Part shown: in pieces, positions 38,554-64,000 of the stretch | Numbering within the stretch: position 1 is the stretch's first letter | Layout of the letters: each line of letters begins with the position of its first letter | Assembly: GCA_951804945.1 (NCBI GenBank) | Contig: OX638154.1 | Span: 52,886,001-52,950,000 of the forward strand | Direction of reading: 5' to 3' | DNA length: 64,000 nt | From: Podarcis cretensis | Lineage: Eukaryota | Notes under the pieces: generated by a model | Seen by the model: the letters and a program-made list of their open reading frames with translations, nothing else | What the model was told of the DNA's origin: nothing | Databases searched by the model: none | Translations under genes and position numbers: made by a program

Positions 38554-38739
38554 CAGGCATCCCCAAACTCGGCCCTCCAGCTGTTTTGGGACTACAATTC
38601 CCATAATCCCTGATCACTAGTCCTGTTAGCTAGGGATGATGGGAGTTGTAGTCCCAAAACAGCTGGAGGCCATCACTTCTCAGCCTTTTGGCTAAGATCA
38701 AGTGCCAAACAGGTGGAGGGCCAAGTTTGGGGATGCCTG
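38554..38739. mobile_element. palindromic hAT MITE inserted in the L1-like element
   Basis: TIR CAGGCATCCCCAAACT; 8-bp TSD CTTTAGAG/CTCTAGAG. Confidence 0.92.
38672..38704 (+). pseudogene. U2 snRNA 5'-end retrocopy (nt 1-33)
   Basis: ATCACTTCTCAGCCTTTTGGCTAAGATCAAGTG vs U2 ATCGCTTCTCGGCCTTTTGGCTAAGATCAAGTG (31/33, both changes CpG>CpA); flanked by imperfect direct repeats. Confidence 0.92.
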
Positions 38740-41646
38740 CTCTAGAGTATTTACACGACCACCACATATGAATTAGGGTTCCCTCTACCTTGTGGCACTT
38801 CCAGCATAAATTAGACCCTTTTTTATACATGTTCACTAATTTATTGGGTTGTCAAGTACCACTGGTACATCATCTTTTGTAGGTTTTCCTTAATAAGTTA
38901 ACAGGCAGAAAAATTCATGGTTTCCCCCCCATAATTTTTCCCATGTGGACAATTCTATGTTGCAACCAATATCTATGGCCCAAAACCTTCTAGGTCTAAA
39001 ATGTTGGTATCTCTTAGCTCCATCTATTCTTTTATCCAACAGAGACATGCTGCCTCATAATAAAATCTAAGGTCTGGAAGGGCAAAGTCCCCTCTTTCTC
39101 TTACATCTGTCAGATTTTTATACTTAATTCGGGTTTCCCCACTACCAAATGAAGTTTGTCACATCCTTCTTTCACATTTTAAAACAGTTTGGGCTATTAC
39201 CATGAGTGTTTGAAATAAGATCATCTTGGGCAAAACATTCATTTTGACTGCTGATATTCTTCCTAACAAAGAAAGGTTCAGTCTAGTCCATTTTTCTAGA
39301 TTCTTTTTATTTCATTCCAGATTTTAACATAGTTATCCTGAAAAAGGTTTAAATTCTTAGCTGATATCCATATCCCCAAATATTTTTCTGTTTTAATTCC
39401 CATAATATTCTCAAGTCTTTCTTTTGCCTGTAAGTCTAAATTTTTTACTATCATTTTTGTTTTTTCCTTATTTATATAGAATCCTGCCAATTTGCCAAAT
39501 TTTGTTATAGTTTCTATTGCCCTTGGGACGCTTTCCACCGAATTTTCCAACACCAACACGTTATCTGCAAAGGCTTTCACTTTGTATTCTCTCTGCCCAA
39601 CCTTAATTCCTGTTATTTCATCATTTTTCATATTTCTCTAGTTAACACTTCTAATACGTATTAGGATACACAACAGTGGCAACAGGGGGCACCCCTGCCT
39701 TGTCCCCTTCTTGATGCTACTTTTTTCTGTGACATTACTATTTATTATTAAGCTCGCCTGTTGCTCTGTGTATACTGCATTTATCCCATTAGAGAATATG
39801 GCATTCAGAACAGCATTCTCCACTAATTTCTTCAGGAAGATCCAGAACACATTGTCAAAGGCCTTTTCAGCATATAAAAATATTAGTGCTGCTTCTTTTT
39901 CATTCATTTTTTCCAAGTATTTGATCACATTTCTAGTATTATTCCTTGGTAGAAAAACCTCACAAATAGGTGATTCTAGGACCACCATCAGCTTTTTTGC
40001 CATTATTGCAGTGTACAACTTATAATCATTGTTCAGTAAGGAGATCAGCCTGTAGTTCTTGGGTTGGAGTATATCCTGATCTTGTTTGGGGATTAGAGTA
40101 ATGTAAACGTTCTTCTACAATGTTGGTATTGTTCTCCCTTGTAAACTTTCATTCATAAGATCTTTAAGAGGCCTGGTAATGTTTCTCTTAATGTTTTATA
40201 ATATGCGACTGAAAGTCCGTCCAGACCAGGAGGTTTGCCAGACTTTGCCCGCTTGATAGGTACATCTATTTCCATCATTGAGATGGGGGCATTCAGACTA
40301 TCTACTTGGTCCTTTGTTAGCTGTGGTAGATAACATTTTTGCAAATATTCTTCTATGTCTTTCTCACTCTCCTTTCCATTCACATACAAAGTCGAGCAGT
40401 ATCTTAAAATTTCTTTTCTGAATTCTTTTTGGTTATATATCCTCTCCCCTACCATTATCTTGTTTATTATATTGGGGGTTTTACTTTCCCAGCTTATTGG
40501 CAAACTCAAATTGTTTTTGTTTTAAAGCTTTTTAGTCGTTGCTCTATTTCATTCTGTGTGATCATGGCAAATTGCATTTGTTGTATTTTCAGTTTCTGAA
40601 TACAAACTTGATATTTTCATAACACACCATTTCCTTCAAAATTCTTTTTCTTCCTCTTTTCTTTCTATAAATTGGATTACCAGCATGTCACATCCTGATC
40701 CATTCCTTTACTGGAGTTCCTTAGTTGTTTTATCGTTTTCTGTCAACACCACCGCATTAAGTCCTCTAATATTATTATCTCATTACATCTTTCAAATAAT
40801 TTGCCTTCCAGCTCTCTATAGGACCCCAGTGTTTTTTTTTTTTCATTTAGCTAGCCTACAAGGTGATTAGCTCCACTTTCTACACATACCTGTGTTAGTA
40901 ATTTTTTTTTTAAACAACCTGGAAAAAGGTCAGATGAATTCTATCTTGTCCTCTTCTGGTAGAGTCCAGAAGTTTTGACTAGCGTTGACCACCCACATTT
41001 TTCCAGAACCCCTGATCATTTCTCATAAATAGGGACCATCTTTCCTTAAAGTTCAACCAAAATAGAAACAACCTTGGCTGTCATCACAACCTATCTGGAC
41101 TAAGATTGCCTAATGTGTTCAAGTTACAGTCCTAAACATTCTTTCCATGCTCCTGTAAATATTTAAGGGCGGGGGGCAAAGATCCACCAAGTTCAATAGA
41201 CTTCCTCTGGTAAGTATACTAGTAAGTACAATTGCTGCCTTCCTCTGAAACAAAACCAGTTGAAAACCAAGATAAAAGGCCAGATTCAGCTAAATAGTTG
41301 TGCTAGTGCAACAAGTCATGTTAATAGGAAGATGGGAAACTGGTCTACCTGGCAAGCAGAAATGTTTGCAATGACTGAACAAACATAACAGCACAATGCT
41401 GAACTCCTCCCATAGTATTTCTAAGTAAAATATGTTTATAACCAGTCTTACCGACAAATCTCAAATTCTCTTTTAGATGTAATAGATAAGGTTGAAAGTA
41501 AGCAAGCTGTCCTTACCAAGTTGTTGCTCTCCAAGCCAGATGTGCATACAAATCCAACATATACAAGTGGCCTCCAAGAACAGCAGAAGACCTGCAGAAC
41601 ACACTTCAAACCCCTCACAATACAGGACTTGATGCATTCAGAAATA

Positions 41647-41776
41647 TTTATTTATAAACTGCTTCAATTACTCATTATTTATATTTTAAAAAGTCTCAAA
41701 CAGCAAAACCAGTTCAAGATTCACTGGATTGCATTCAATGTTAACATTTCAAAAGTATTTAGTGAAATACTTTATT
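41647..41776 (-). terminator. candidate KIF2C polyadenylation signals (AATAAA at 41776-41771 and 41652-41647)
   Basis: Two minus-strand hexamers ~280 and ~400 nt after the stop codon. Confidence 0.55.
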
Positions 41777-42050
41777 TACACTAGAAAAATGTACAAGCTT
41801 ACCAAGAGACACCAAAGCAACTCTTCTTCTTAGCCTTCAGTTGTGAAGAGGAGCAATGGTCCCAGAAACATCACATTCTGGCTGAGTACTTTCCTTTGCC
41901 TGCATAAAGGATAGCACCCTCTCCCCAAAACAGGGAACCCTCAAACAAGATAGGATGAACCTTCTGCTAGCATTTTAAATACAGTTAACAGCAAACCAAA
42001 GAAGTGACAGACAAATAGAGAGGGAAGAAATTCATTTAACAAGTGGGTAA

Positions 42051-62282
<20,232 letters not shown>

Positions 62283-63769
62283 CTGAATAGGGGGGAAATC
62301 ATTTCAAAAAAGGCTAGTTTCCTCAAATCAGAGAACCACAGAGGAACTAGATGCATTGAAATATCAACTAATCCGAAACATGCAATGTGAAACTTGTCAC
62401 AAAAGTACAAACACATCTGTGAGCTTCCACTCTAAGCAGAAAAGTATTAATGGAGTACCATAGGTAACAATTTGCTGCCCTCTTTTGAGAGACAGTTCTA
62501 GGTAATATAATTTTTTTGCAGTAATTCTTTCTCTTCTCCCTGGGTCATTTCCTTGACAGTCTTAATAAGTTTGCTTATGCTTAACACCAACTTGGACAAA
62601 ACCATTTTCTACATACTAACATGGCCTACGATGTAGGAATGATATAATGATATATCACAATGTCTGAAATAAGGATATATCACAGTCTGAAATAAGGATG
62701 GAGCTATGTAGAGGCATTGACTGGCTTCCCGCATCATGATTTTTGCATAATGCACAAACAGACACATCATGATTTGCAATATATTGCCAGGTGAAAAATT
62801 ATGAAACAAGTATCACAATATGAACATCAAACTAGTTTTAGATGATGTATCAATATATGGCCCAGCCCTACTACTATTCCTAGAGAAGCTCAGTAGTTTT
62901 TTGGCACCCCCTCCCCCAAAACACGGTTAGTTATACCTCTGCTAGCTATTGTTGATAGTTTCCAGGTAGTACCATTACCAACAGAATATGCCTTCTTATA
63001 TCCAAAGGTCAAAATTTATTTTAGAAAAGTGTCTGCAGAAGAGGCGAGGAATCCCCAGCCAAGGGGGGCATAGGTGATTCTCCTAGCTTCTCTAACCAGC
63101 CCTTGGGACTCTCCCCAGGCTCTGTTTGGTACCCACTTTGAGTGCTTTTGTCTGGCTGGAATGTATCCTTGAAAGTGATACTGTAATGACTCTTGCACAA
63201 ATCTTTCAATCCAGAAAAGCATGTGTGGATAGACAAACCTCTAGCTTTTGCGTGGCTGGAATATAGCCTACTGTACAAAGGGTTCCAAATTCTTATCTGT
63301 CCACTTTTGCCTGTGGCCAAGGTTTGCACCTCCACCCCCAAAAAACAAGCAAATCAATAAAAATACTTAGCTAACCAAAGTTCTGACCCCCCCAGAAAGT
63401 CTGTCCCCCTAACATAAACCATGGCTATCCCCATGCCTCTGGCCCCTGTAAATTTGCCCAGAAAGGAATGTGGCCCTCAAATGGAAAAATTGTATGTAAA
63501 AAGTTGTTTGAAAAAGTCATTAAACCATTTCGTAAAACTAATTGTTCACTATAAACTGAGGCAAAGTGATCCTGTGAACAGCTGCATTAGCAGCTTGTTA
63601 GCTTATAGGCACAATTCAGAGTTATGTTATTCACCTATAAAGCCCTTAACAGCCTGGAACTCAAATTACTAACGGAAACGCCTCATCTTATTAGCATTGG
63701 AGTGTGGGGGAGGGAAAGAATTTCACCAGATTTGTATTCAACTACGCAACGTCTGAGGCAGCTCTACTG

Positions 63770-63912
63770 CATGAGGGAACCTTGTTGCTGTTAAACAAGT
63801 CTGTGGATGGTCAGTGCCAGGATGGGAGACCACCGGGGAACAGCGTGCAACGCCTTCTTGGCTTCCATGACGGAAGAAGGGTGGGAGATAAGTACTGGAT
63901 AATGAAATAAAA
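63770..63912 (+). mobile_element. degenerate 5S rRNA-derived SINE (SINE3-like)
   Basis: GGTCAGTGCCAGGATGGGAGACCACCGGGGAA resembles the 5S box C region GGTTAGTACTTGGATGGGAGACCGCCTGGGAA; A-rich LINE-like tail. Confidence 0.55.
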
Positions 63913-64000
63913 ACCAAGCAGGGGCTTCTCTATATGGCTATATGCTGGGTCCCTTCTTATCAGTAAGTTCCATTGCACGCCAGAAGGAAGGCGAGGATAA

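Larger units (their letters stand above)
38148..40900 (-). mobile_element. decayed L1/Tx1-clade LINE ORF2 and 3' end
   Basis: Fragmented motifs KSGKPPGLDGL, AEKAFDNVFW, KKGTRQGCPL, AFADN, EKYLGI, CWKC...HMWWSC; multiple frameshifts. Confidence 0.9.

Noticed and set aside
63785-63855. Possible 5S rRNA gene
   Set aside because: Only a diverged partial match followed by a LINE-like tail

Overview
Vertebrate genomic DNA, almost certainly a squamate and probably a lacertid lizard (BovB/RTE, L2, CR1, a tRNA-head/CR1-tail SINE, many Tc1/mariner and hAT MITEs). Three spliced genes were reconstructed by hand with consistent exon phases. TMEM53 (minus, 3 exons, 277 aa) and ARMH1/C1orf228 (plus, 10 clear coding exons plus an uncertain last exon) sit head-to-head across a CpG island at ~18.0-18.6 kb. 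KIF2C/MCAK (minus, exons 2-21; exon 1 is not in the window) converges on ARMH1. The first ~15 kb has no recognisable coding exon but holds repeats and several enhancer-like segments. Gene names rest on my recall of the human proteins, not on a database search. Best observations: ARMH1 appears to use a U12-type (minor spliceosome) intron and a GC-AG intron; its promoter has clustered RFX X-box-like motifs; a 33-nt U2 snRNA 5' retrocopy sits inside a hAT MITE inside an L1-like element; KIF2C looks inverted relative to human and has an R>W change in the motor domain. I found no convincing evidence of a wholly new multi-gene system.
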